Shown here piece by piece: positions 10,401 through 18,856 of a stretch of 32,000 nt of DNA. Position 1 is the stretch's first letter, and each line of letters opens with the position of its first letter. Made by a program: the position numbers and the translations under genes. Below the pieces are notes generated by a model that saw only the letters and a list, made by a program, of their open reading frames with translations, was not told the DNA's origin and did not search any database. Origin of the DNA: Candidatus Saccharimonadota bacterium (GTDB lineage Bacteria; Bacteroidota; Bacteroidia; Flavobacteriales; Blattabacteriaceae); contig NZ_CP059199.1 in NCBI RefSeq assembly GCF_014251775.1, positions 330,001 through 362,000 of the forward strand, in the 5' to 3' direction.

Positions 10401-10949
10401 AAACCTGAAACTAAATCTAAAGGAAAAAAACCTGAACTAAAATCTACTGGTAAGAAACCTGAAACTAAATCTAAAGGAAAAAAACCTGAACTAAAATCTA
10501 CTGGAAAAAAACCTGAAACTAAATCTAAAGGAAAAAAAACTGAACTAAAATCTACTGGAAAAAAACCTGAAACTAAATCTAAAGGAAAGAAAACCGAAAC
10601 TAAATCTACCGGTAAGAAACCTGAAACTAAATCTACCGGTAAGAAACCTGAAACTAAATCTAAAGGAAAAAAACCTGAACTAAAATCTACTGGGAAGAAA
10701 CCTGAAACTAAATCTAAAGGAAAAAAACCTGAACTAAAATCTACTGGAAAAAAACCTGAAACTAAATCTAAAGGAAAGAAACCCGAAACTAAATCTACCG
10801 GTAAGAAAACTGAAACTAAATCTAAAGGAAAAAAACCTGAACTAAAATCTACTGGAAAAAAACCTGAAACTAAATCTACCGGTAAGAAAACTGAAACTAA
10901 ATCTAAAGGAAAAAAACCTGAAACTAAATCTAAAGGAAAAAAACCCTAA
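7485..10949 (+). CDS. mrcA: Class A penicillin-binding protein 1A (transglycosylase/transpeptidase) with a ~380-aa repeat tail
   Basis: N-terminal TM helix. GT51 motifs EDIRFRKHSGID and GGSTISQQLAK. TP motifs SIFK (Ser456), SVN and KTGT (Lys636). GTG at 7485 is the only plausible start: there is a stop 18 nt upstream in frame, and the next in-frame ATG lies after the TM helix. The C-terminal third is the tandem-repeat array. Confidence 0.9.
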   Translation: MNKKKSYIKIFIIYFLSLLLVCITIIFIVIYAGYKGFLGKLPSDKEIRSPKMEIGSKVYDCKGVLLGKFFYENRNLITYKQLPKNLVNALLAKEDIRFRKHSGIDIKSIIRAILSMGKKGGGSTISQQLAKLFFTKKSAKNKIERINQKILEWIIALELEKRYSKEEIITMYYNKFDFLYNAKGIDTAAHTYFDKKVINLNLNECAILVGMLENPSLYNPIDYPNRAKKQRNLVLFQMMKYNFLKNNQYNNESKKPIRTYFKMKDKDIEFVTYYGGFLKKEIQNLLNEYEIKKGIKLNLYTSGLKIYTSIDSRMQNYAEKSIKIHLKKLQSIFDSIQKKNKKAPFSNISYKKINRIILSSMRRTNLYNRLKKKGMAEKNIIKIFKKKILVKLFTWDGNKKVMMSPLDFIRYKKGIIQAGLLSMESSTGHIKAWVGGIDFNNFQYDHVAQTKRQVGSIFKPILYAAAIKKLHYNPCTIISNEKFKLKNWIPRNHNGKYGGFMTLKDGLALSVNTVSARIMEKVTPKTVIELAKKMGVESTIPENQSIALGSADLTLYEMTGVFNTFSNFGIYNKPSILLKIEDRNGNIIKYNYNIKRKVLNKDVAYIMLNLMQGVVKYGTAKRLTNLYNIKGDIAGKTGTTNDNSDGWFIGMIPNLTTGVWVGWENRFSHFNSLKLGQGANMALPIWAHYTNYLYHDKNFIYNEKMFFKKPKNYQWDECENKMDQKDEDQINHKKDNKEFIENKTDNPNTLEDNKDKNELKSPDKKEDKAIQSEEKPETKSTGNKPETKSTGNKSETKSTGNKPETKSTGKKPETKSTGKKPETKSTGKKPETKSTGKKPETKSTGKKPETKSTGKKPETKSTGKKPETKSTGKKPETKSTGKKPETKSTGKKPETKSTGKKPETKSTGKKPETKSTGKKPETKSKGKKPETKSKGKKPETKSTGKKPETKSTGKKPETKSTGKKPETKSTGKKPETKSKGKKPELKSTGKKPETKSKGKKPELKSTGKKPETKSKGKKTELKSTGKKPETKSKGKKTETKSTGKKPETKSTGKKPETKSKGKKPELKSTGKKPETKSKGKKPELKSTGKKPETKSKGKKPETKSTGKKTETKSKGKKPELKSTGKKPETKSTGKKTETKSKGKKPETKSKGKKP
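9807..10946 (+). repeat. About 42 tandem in-frame copies of a 27-nt unit encoding KPETKSTGK and variants
   Basis: Direct reading: consensus aaa cc[c/t] gaa act aaa tct ac[c/t] ggn aa[g/a], uninterrupted from 9807 to the last codon before the stop. 1140 nt / 27 = 42.2 units. The 3' half is organised as 54-nt double units. Confidence 0.95.
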
Positions 10950-11160
10950 TTAAAATATCAAAAAAATATTTATATGATTATTAATAAATACTTTTCATAA
11001 AGTAATCAATATATTTAATTAATATATCCTACAAATAATGGATTAAAATTATAATTGTATAATAAGCATTAATATATGGAAAAATATCTGGAACAGCTGT
11101 TTAAATATTTTATATTAATTCCAAATATTTATGGATTAACAAAAAAATCAAATAAATAAT

Positions 11161-12786
11161 TCAATAAACGTCTTTTACATACTTTTTAATTTTTTTCATT
11201 TTGTTTATAAATAATATAGGGTCTTCTTTTCCTATTTCTTTTATAACCCGTAATATTGTATTTTCTACATCTACACTCATAGGATTTTTTTTTCCACATA
11301 TATATATATATGCTCCATTTTTTATCCAATGGAAAAATTTCTCTCTATTTTCCCATATTTTATCTTGAACATATATCTTTTTTTTTTGATCTCTAGAAAA
11401 AGAAATATTTAAACGATCTAAAACTCCATTTTTTATCCAATTTTTAATTTCAGATTTATATAAATAATCATATTTATAATACTGATCTCCAAAAAATAAC
11501 CAATTTTTTCCTGTTGATTTTGTTAATTCTCTTTCATATAAAAAAGATCTAAACGGAGCTATTCCTGTTCCAGGTCCTATCATAATTATATCTTCATTAC
11601 GATTAGGTAATTTGAAAAAATTATTTTTATAAATAAAAAAACGTAGTTGATCACCTTTTTTCAGATTAGATAAAAAATTAGAACAATAACCATATTTTAT
11701 TTTTCCATTTTTTTGAAATTTATTCAATAATACTGTGATATGTATTTCATTTAAATGTTTTTTTGGAGAAGAAGATATTGAATATAACCTAGGTTTTATA
11801 GGATCCATTATATTTATTATTTTTTTTAAAGAATAAATATTTTTTTGATCAATAGGATACCTATTAATTAAGTTAAAAATATCCCATTTTATTTCTTTAG
11901 AAATAATTATATTTTCATTATTACTTAATAGTAATGAATAATCTTTCAAAAATCTTTCAGATAAATTATATATACTTTTTTCTTTTTTTAAAGACAAAAA
12001 AATATCATAATTTTTTTTACAATCCTTTTCCCCAAAAATTTTCAATATTTTACAAACTTCATCATAAGTATTCTCAGGATAAATTCCTACAGAATCTCCT
12101 GGAAGATATTCTAAAGAAGATTTTATCTCAATATGATGAATTTTTCTATCAATATTTTTATTAATTATTATATTTTTAGATATGATTCCTATTGTTATTT
12201 TATTTTTTCTTAGAAAGAATTCTAATATATTTTTCAACCATTGTTTTGAATCTTCTATATACGAAACATCACATTTACATAATTTTAATATTCTAATACC
12301 TCCTATAATTTCTAATTGTTTATCTATATTTTCTCCAGCTTTACAAAAATTTTTATATGTTTTATCACCTAATGCTACAACACTATATTTCAAATTATTT
12401 AGATAAATATTTGTATGAATAAATTTAAAAAATTTTTTTCCTGAATTAGGGGGATCTCCATCGCCATGTGTACTAATGATGATCAGTAAATAATCTTCTT
12501 TATATAAGTTAGATAAACAATAATCATTTAAATCAAATAATTTTATGTTTAATTTTTTTTGTTTTATTTTGTTATAAATAGTAAAAGCTAAATCTTCTGC
12601 ATTTCCAGTTTCACTACTATAAACTATAGTAATTTTTTCTTTATTAAGGTTATTATTATCATTATTTTTTTTTCTATTGAAATCATATAAATATCCAGAT
12701 ATAAAACCCGACATCCATATAATTTCTTTTTTAGATGAATTTTTAATTAAATCAATAAATATTTTATTATTGGATTTTTGTAACAT
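11161..12786 (-). CDS. cysJ: Sulfite reductase [NADPH] flavoprotein alpha-component
   Basis: 541 aa. Has a flavodoxin-like FMN domain (TIVYSSETGNAEDLA), FAD motif RLYSISSS, NADPH motif GPGTGIAPFRSF and a C-terminal ...YVKDVY. Confidence 0.85.
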   Translation of the reverse strand: MLQKSNNKIFIDLIKNSSKKEIIWMSGFISGYLYDFNRKKNNDNNNLNKEKITIVYSSETGNAEDLAFTIYNKIKQKKLNIKLFDLNDYCLSNLYKEDYLLIIISTHGDGDPPNSGKKFFKFIHTNIYLNNLKYSVVALGDKTYKNFCKAGENIDKQLEIIGGIRILKLCKCDVSYIEDSKQWLKNILEFFLRKNKITIGIISKNIIINKNIDRKIHHIEIKSSLEYLPGDSVGIYPENTYDEVCKILKIFGEKDCKKNYDIFLSLKKEKSIYNLSERFLKDYSLLLSNNENIIISKEIKWDIFNLINRYPIDQKNIYSLKKIINIMDPIKPRLYSISSSPKKHLNEIHITVLLNKFQKNGKIKYGYCSNFLSNLKKGDQLRFFIYKNNFFKLPNRNEDIIMIGPGTGIAPFRSFLYERELTKSTGKNWLFFGDQYYKYDYLYKSEIKNWIKNGVLDRLNISFSRDQKKKIYVQDKIWENREKFFHWIKNGAYIYICGKKNPMSVDVENTILRVIKEIGKEDPILFINKMKKIKKYVKDVY

Positions 12787-12804
12787 TATTTATAAATTTT
12801 ATTT

Positions 12805-13713
12805 TTAAAATAAATCATTAACTGATAAATATCTTTCTCCATTATCATAATTTATTGTTAAAATAACTGAATTTTTAGAAAACTTATTAAGATTATCATT
12901 TATTGCTGATAAAGATGCACCAGTAGATATTCCTACTAATAGTCCTTCTTTTTTAGCTATTCTCCTAACAAAATCATAAGATTTTTCCTTGGAAACTAAA
13001 AAAGTTCCATCCAATATTTTTTTATTTAAAACAGGTGGAATAAAACCAGCACCTATTCCTTGTATAGAATGTGTATTAGGTAATCCTCCAAATATAACTG
13101 CAGATTCTATAGGTTCTACAGAAAAAATTTTTATTTTTGGAAACTTATTTTTTAAAATTTCTCCTATTCCGGTAATATGTCCACCCGTTCCAACTCCAGT
13201 AATGAAATAATCTATTCCATTAGGAAATGATTCTAAAATCTCCTTTCCGGTAGTTTTTTTATGAATCATAATATTAGACTCATTTTGAAATTGTTTAGGC
13301 ATCCAAGAATAAGGAATTGTATTGACTAATTCTTCAGCTTTTTCTATAGCCCCTTTCATACCTTTTTCTCCTGATGTAAGAACAAATTTTGCACCAAAAA
13401 TAGAAAACAACTTTCTTCTTTCAATACTCATAGAATCCGGCATTACTAAAATTATCCGATATCCTTTAACAGTAGCTACCATTGCTAATCCCACACCCGT
13501 ATTTCCAGATGTAGGTTCTACAATAATATACCCTTTTTTTAGGATACCCTTATCTTCTGCATCCTCTATCATAGATAAAGCAATTCTATCTTTAATACTT
13601 CCTCCAGGATTATTTCTTTCTAATTTCATCCAAACCTTATGATTTGGAAATAACCTACTTAAAAGTATATGAGGAGTTTTTCCTATAATTTCTAAAATAC
13701 TTCTTACTTTCAT
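12805..13713 (-). CDS. cysK: Cysteine synthase A (O-acetylserine sulfhydrylase)
   Basis: 302 aa. Has the PLP-lysine motif NPGGSIKDRIA, TSGNTG and GTGGHITG. Its start ATG shares one base with the cysE stop (TAATG). Confidence 0.9.
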   Translation of the reverse strand: MKVRSILEIIGKTPHILLSRLFPNHKVWMKLERNNPGGSIKDRIALSMIEDAEDKGILKKGYIIVEPTSGNTGVGLAMVATVKGYRIILVMPDSMSIERRKLFSIFGAKFVLTSGEKGMKGAIEKAEELVNTIPYSWMPKQFQNESNIMIHKKTTGKEILESFPNGIDYFITGVGTGGHITGIGEILKNKFPKIKIFSVEPIESAVIFGGLPNTHSIQGIGAGFIPPVLNKKILDGTFLVSKEKSYDFVRRIAKKEGLLVGISTGASLSAINDNLNKFSKNSVILTINYDNGERYLSVNDLF

Positions 13714-14546
13714 TATATTGTAAAATCAATGGATTTTTTCAAATAATTACTATTTTTCATCATGATTTCATTTTTTTGATAAACAATAGAATACGGTGGG
13801 ATGCTTTTGGTTACCCATACATTTCCCCCTAATATACTATGATGCCCTATTGTTGTATCCCCCCCTAAAACAGTAGCACCAGAATAAATAGTTACTTTAT
13901 CTTCTATAGTAGGATGACGTTTCATATTCGATAATTTTTTATCAACATAAATTGCTCCAAGAGTAACACCTTGATATATTTTTACTTCATTTCCTATTTT
14001 AGTACTAGAACCTATTACGACTCCAGTTCCATGATCAATTGAAAAATCACAACCTATTTCTGCTCCAGCATGAATATCTACCCCAGTTTTACTATGAGCA
14101 TATTCAGTAATTATTCTAGGAATAATTGGAATTTTTTGATTCCAAAATTGATGAGCTATTCTATATGAAGCAATAGCAAAAAAACCTGGATAAGTTAAAA
14201 ATATTTCTTCAATAGATGTTGCAGCGGGATCCGTTTTTAATATTGCATCAGCATCTCTCAACAATAAATAATAAATATCTGGAACTTTTTCAAAAAATTT
14301 TTCTGAATAATTTTTGGATTCTATGCTAGATAAATTTAATTCAATGAAAATTGAATATAAAATTTTATGCAATTTTTTATATTTTTCCTCAAAAATTCTA
14401 TTATTTTTCAATAATGAAAAATCAGGAGTAAATAAAATATGAAACAATCTTTCTAAAAAGAAATTAAACTTTTTTTTATTAGGAAAAAATTTTTTTTGTC
14501 TATTTTTTTCTTCAAAAAGATTTTTTAAAAAATCTGAATTAATCAT
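13713..14546 (-). CDS. cysE: Serine O-acetyltransferase
   Basis: 277 aa. Has left-handed beta-helix hexapeptide repeats (DIHAGAEIGCDFSIDHGTGVVIGSSTKIGNEVKIYQGVTLG) after a SAT N-terminal helical domain. Confidence 0.85.
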   Translation of the reverse strand: MINSDFLKNLFEEKNRQKKFFPNKKKFNFFLERLFHILFTPDFSLLKNNRIFEEKYKKLHKILYSIFIELNLSSIESKNYSEKFFEKVPDIYYLLLRDADAILKTDPAATSIEEIFLTYPGFFAIASYRIAHQFWNQKIPIIPRIITEYAHSKTGVDIHAGAEIGCDFSIDHGTGVVIGSSTKIGNEVKIYQGVTLGAIYVDKKLSNMKRHPTIEDKVTIYSGATVLGGDTTIGHHSILGGNVWVTKSIPPYSIVYQKNEIMMKNSNYLKKSIDFTI

Positions 14547-14675
14547 ATGATGTTAAAATTCCATACTTCATAAAAATAATAATAATAAATAATTCAATTT
14601 ATAAGAATATAAAAATCAAAAAATAAAAAATATAATTTATAATATTGTAAAATATATTATATTTTTAATATTTAA

Positions 14676-15905
14676 ATGAAAAAAATTAAAATAAAAAATC
14701 CAATTGTAGAAATAGATGGTGATGAAATGGCAAGAATAATATGGAAATATATAAAAGAATATTTTATTTTTCCATACCTTGATTTAAAAATAATTTATTT
14801 TGATTTAGGAATAAAAAATAGAGACTATACTAATGATCAAATAACAATAGATGCTGCTAATGCTATAAAAAAATATAATGTAGGAATAAAATGCGCCACA
14901 ATAACCCCTGATAAAAATCGAATGAAAGAGTTTGATTTAAAAAAAATGTGGAAATCCCCAAATGGAACTATCCGTAATATATTAAATGGAACAGTATTTA
15001 GAGAACCAATAATAACAAAAAATATTCCTAGAATTATTCCAAATTGGAAATACCCGATATCTATTGCTAGACATGCTTATGCCGATCAATATAATGCTGT
15101 AGATCTAAATATAGAAGAAAAAGGAAATTTATATATTACATTTATTCCTTCTGAAAAAAAGAAGAAAGATAATCTTAAAAAGATTAAAATTCATACCTTT
15201 CTAGGTACTGGAATAGCTATGGGCATGTATAATACGGATCATTCTATTTACGGATTTGCCCGTTCTTGTTTCAATTACTCTATTTATAAAAAATGTGATC
15301 TTTTCCTTTCTACAAAGAATACTATCTTAAAAAGATATGATGGAAAATATACTGATATTTTTAAAAAAATATACGAATCTGAATTTAAATCGAAATTTGA
15401 TAAACTTCATATAAAATATGAACACCGTTTAATAGACGATATGATAGCTAAAGTGATTAAGTCAAATGGAGGTTTTATATGGGCTTGTAAAAATTACGAT
15501 GGTGATGTACAATCTGATCTAATAGCTCAAGGATTTGGATCGTTAGGTATGATGACATCTATTTTACTTACTCCAGATGGAAAAACATTAGAAGCTGAAG
15601 CGGCTCATGGAACTATTACTAGACATTATAGACTTTATAAAAAAGGGATTACTACCTCTACTAATCCAATAGCATTATTATTTTCATGGACAATGGGGCT
15701 TAAACATAGAGCTTATTTAGATTCTAATGATAGTTTAATGATTTTTTCTAAAAAAATAGAACAAAAATGCATAGAATTTGTAGAAAAAGGTAATTTAACA
15801 AAAGACTTATATTTATTAATAGATAAAAAAAAAGAAAATAACAATCTAAAATGTTTAGATACTAAATCTTTTCTTAAAAATTTAAGCATTTATTTCAATA
15901 AATAA
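14676..15905 (+). CDS. icd: Isocitrate dehydrogenase (NADP), eukaryote-like subfamily II type
   Basis: 409 aa. The N-terminus [17 protein letters not shown] and IKCATITPD are typical of dimeric NADP-IDH. Confidence 0.9.
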   Translation: MKKIKIKNPIVEIDGDEMARIIWKYIKEYFIFPYLDLKIIYFDLGIKNRDYTNDQITIDAANAIKKYNVGIKCATITPDKNRMKEFDLKKMWKSPNGTIRNILNGTVFREPIITKNIPRIIPNWKYPISIARHAYADQYNAVDLNIEEKGNLYITFIPSEKKKKDNLKKIKIHTFLGTGIAMGMYNTDHSIYGFARSCFNYSIYKKCDLFLSTKNTILKRYDGKYTDIFKKIYESEFKSKFDKLHIKYEHRLIDDMIAKVIKSNGGFIWACKNYDGDVQSDLIAQGFGSLGMMTSILLTPDGKTLEAEAAHGTITRHYRLYKKGITTSTNPIALLFSWTMGLKHRAYLDSNDSLMIFSKKIEQKCIEFVEKGNLTKDLYLLIDKKKENNNLKCLDTKSFLKNLSIYFNK

Positions 15906-15930
15906 ACATAATAATTTTTATCATTCAAAT

Positions 15931-16965
15931 TTATAAATTTGAATGATGAATAATTTTTTCCAAAATTAATTTTTTATTATATTTTCCTATAAAATTTTCA
16001 TCAAAATTTGAAATGAAATAAATTTTTTTTGGCTTAAAAAATTTATTTTTTCCTTGAAATAAATAATTTGGAATTTTTATTGAAAAAAATTTTCCTTCAA
16101 TAACTAATATTATTTTTTCCCCTAATATTTTATCAGGAATTGATGATATAAAAAATCTCCTATAAAAAGGAATTAAAAAATTAATTTTTCTTTCTATCAA
16201 TTCTGGAATAACTTTTATTCCTCCAGTATTAATTATATTATCATATCTTCCAATCCATTCAAATGTATTTTTCGATTGTAAAGAAACAATATCATTTGTT
16301 TGTATAGGAGAATGATTGGTATATTGAAAATATATATTTAAACAATTTCTATTATCTGTAGTAATAGATATATCATCTAATAATCTATAATAATTACTTT
16401 GATTATCTCCATTAATCTTTTTTAATGCTATATGACCATAAGTTTCTGTCATTCCATATGTTAAATAACAATCAGTCGAAATTTTTTGCAATTTATTTTT
16501 AATATATTTAGATATTTTACTGCCTCCTATTAAAAGAATTTTTATTTTATTTAAATTTTCTATACTAGAAATAACTTGCATAGGGACCATTGAGGAAATA
16601 TCGAAATTACACCCATAAATATTTTTTAATGGATTAGATGATGAAGGAATACATAAAATTTTCCATTTAAAAATTATAGCGCGAATTAAAAACATTTTTG
16701 TCGCTATGAAATCGGGAGATAAACATAATAATCCTTTAACATTTTTTTTATGATGTAATCCTAAAAAAATGACAGTTTTTATAGCTCTTTTATATAAATA
16801 TTTTTTTTTTAAAAAAATTTTTTTAGGTGGTCCAGTGCTCCCAGATGTAAATACTTTTATTACATCAATATCACTATACCATTCACATAAAAAATCATTG
16901 ATAGATTTATAATATTCTGATTTAGAATAATTAATTTTTTTTTCATAAGAAAAATCTATCCACAT
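15931..16965 (-). CDS. menE: O-succinylbenzoate--CoA ligase (short flavobacterial form)
   Basis: 344 aa. Has AMP-binding motifs TSGSTGPPKKI and YGMTET, and is adjacent to and co-oriented with menC/menA/menB. Confidence 0.7.
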   Translation of the reverse strand: MWIDFSYEKKINYSKSEYYKSINDFLCEWYSDIDVIKVFTSGSTGPPKKIFLKKKYLYKRAIKTVIFLGLHHKKNVKGLLCLSPDFIATKMFLIRAIIFKWKILCIPSSSNPLKNIYGCNFDISSMVPMQVISSIENLNKIKILLIGGSKISKYIKNKLQKISTDCYLTYGMTETYGHIALKKINGDNQSNYYRLLDDISITTDNRNCLNIYFQYTNHSPIQTNDIVSLQSKNTFEWIGRYDNIINTGGIKVIPELIERKINFLIPFYRRFFISSIPDKILGEKIILVIEGKFFSIKIPNYLFQGKNKFFKPKKIYFISNFDENFIGKYNKKLILEKIIHHSNL

Positions 16966-16970
16966 TTATT

Positions 16971-18125
16971 TTATAAATAATTATAGGGATAAGGATAAAA
17001 TTCATTTTTTTGATATTCAAAATTAATAAATTTATTCATCCAAATAGATCCTTTTTTAATTTTTAATTTTAATTTAGGTGAAATTTCATTTTTATAAATG
17101 TTTCCGGTATATAAACCATGAAAATAAGAATTATTTTCTTTGTATTTTTGACTCATAACAAAAGTCCATTGAGAAATAGCATTAATCCCAATATTACTAT
17201 CTAATGAAGAACTAACACACCATTTAATTTTTCTTTTATTAGCTTCTAAAATCCATTCCTCAGATTCAAAAAACCCCCCATTAACACTAGGTCTTATAAT
17301 TAAAAAATCTGGTTTAATAAAATTTAATAACTCTTTTTTTTTATATAATTTATTGATCCCTATCAATTCTTCATCTAAAGCTATAGGTAAAATAGAATTT
17401 CTGCAGATTAAGGCCATATCCCCCCAATTACCTGGAGCTATTGGTTGTTCTATATAATAAATTGACTTAAAGTTATTTAATTCTCTATTTATAAAATATA
17501 ATGTATCATTAACATTATTAAAACAACTATTAGCATCTAACTTTATTTGTATAAAGGGATATTTTTTTTCCAATTCTGTTAAAAAACAACATAAATTATC
17601 TAATAATTTTTTTTCTATTTTTATTTTAAATGATCTAAACCCAAAAATCATTTTTTTTTCTATAATTTTTAATAATTCTTTTTGACTTCTTTTTTTATAA
17701 AAATCTAACCATATTAAATTATTTAATGGAATTCCTCTTAACCCTTTTGTAAAAGGAGATGCATATAATATTGGAAATTTACTTTTTAGAGAGAAAATAG
17801 CCTGTTCTAAAGCAAATAGAATAGAAGGATTAGGTGAAGGAAATTTTCTATAATGACGTAATTTCAAATCATGAGGATAATTTAATTTTAATATATTATT
17901 AATTTCATATTCAATATTATTGTAGTTTTTCATGAATTTATCTTTCAACAATAATGGATTACATTCTCCTATTCCTATTTTATTATTTTCTCTTAATAAA
18001 ATTATCCATATAGTATTTTTTACAAATAATTTGTTAGAATTATAGATGCCTTCTCTAAAAAAAAGATTTTTCCTTACAAAAAAAAAATCTAACCCCCAAA
18101 AATTTTTTTTTATAAAAATATTCAT
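16971..18125 (-). CDS. menC: o-Succinylbenzoate synthase (enolase superfamily)
   Basis: 384 aa. Shows the enolase-superfamily metal ligand pattern (IKLDAN, YIEQP, ALDEE) in men operon context. Confidence 0.7.
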   Translation of the reverse strand: MNIFIKKNFWGLDFFFVRKNLFFREGIYNSNKLFVKNTIWIILLRENNKIGIGECNPLLLKDKFMKNYNNIEYEINNILKLNYPHDLKLRHYRKFPSPNPSILFALEQAIFSLKSKFPILYASPFTKGLRGIPLNNLIWLDFYKKRSQKELLKIIEKKMIFGFRSFKIKIEKKLLDNLCCFLTELEKKYPFIQIKLDANSCFNNVNDTLYFINRELNNFKSIYYIEQPIAPGNWGDMALICRNSILPIALDEELIGINKLYKKKELLNFIKPDFLIIRPSVNGGFFESEEWILEANKRKIKWCVSSSLDSNIGINAISQWTFVMSQKYKENNSYFHGLYTGNIYKNEISPKLKLKIKKGSIWMNKFINFEYQKNEFYPYPYNYL

Positions 18126-18138
18126 TATAATAATTATT

Positions 18139-18828
18139 TTAAATAATTAAACTTTCACCTTTTTTTAATAAAATTAATTGTTTTTCTTCATTAAGAAATT
18201 TTTTTACTGATTTTTTTTTATCAATTTTAATGTTATCAAAAGTATTATAATGTACCCCCAAAATTCTATTACATTTTAACAAATTTGAAGCAATAATTGC
18301 ATCATCTACATCCATAGTGTATACCCCACCTATAGGTAATACTGATAAATTTAATTTTCCTAAAACTGGAATAAATGACATTTCATGTGTAATGGATGTA
18401 TCTCCTGATAAATAAATATTTCCTTCATTAGTATGTAATAAAAAACCTCCAGGATTTCCACCATAAGTTCCGTCAATAAAAGAACTTGAATGTAATGCCA
18501 AAACATATTTTAATTTTCCAAATGAAAATTGAATAAATGATCCATAATTAATTGGATAAGTTCTTATTCCTTTTTTGCTAAAGAAATTAGATATTTCGTA
18601 ATTAGAAATAACTAAAACATTTGGATTTTTTTGATAAAAATATTCAACATCAGATACATGATCGTAATGAGCATGAGTTAATAATATATAATCTATCTTT
18701 TTATTAAGAAACTTTTTTAATAAAAAAAAAGCATTAGAATCATTTTTATCTAAGAATGGATCTATTAATAATGTTTTATTAGATATTTCTAATAAATAAC
18801 AACTGTGATTAATAAAAATTAAATTCAT
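18139..18828 (-). CDS. Metallo-beta-lactamase-fold metal-dependent hydrolase (UPF0173-like)
   Basis: 229 aa. Has the HxHxDH motif (THAHYDHVSD) and downstream His/Asp ligands. Length and layout resemble the UPF0173 family. Confidence 0.75.
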   Translation of the reverse strand: MNLIFINHSCYLLEISNKTLLIDPFLDKNDSNAFFLLKKFLNKKIDYILLTHAHYDHVSDVEYFYQKNPNVLVISNYEISNFFSKKGIRTYPINYGSFIQFSFGKLKYVLALHSSSFIDGTYGGNPGGFLLHTNEGNIYLSGDTSITHEMSFIPVLGKLNLSVLPIGGVYTMDVDDAIIASNLLKCNRILGVHYNTFDNIKIDKKKSVKKFLNEEKQLILLKKGESLII

Positions 18829-18856
18829 ATTTTTATAATTTAAATTTTAATATAAA

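Noticed and set aside
9807-10946. Regular 27-nt direct repeats that could superficially suggest a CRISPR array
   Set aside because: The units are contiguous with no unique spacers. They are in frame with and part of the PBP1A ORF, no cas genes are nearby, and the repeat has no palindromic core. This is a coding tandem repeat.
11092-11101. A perfect 10-bp palindrome, AACAGCTGTT, in the mrcA/cysJ convergent spacer, as a possible bidirectional terminator
   Set aside because: It has no loop, a very short stem and no flanking T/A runs in the right geometry. It is likely a chance palindrome or restriction-type site.
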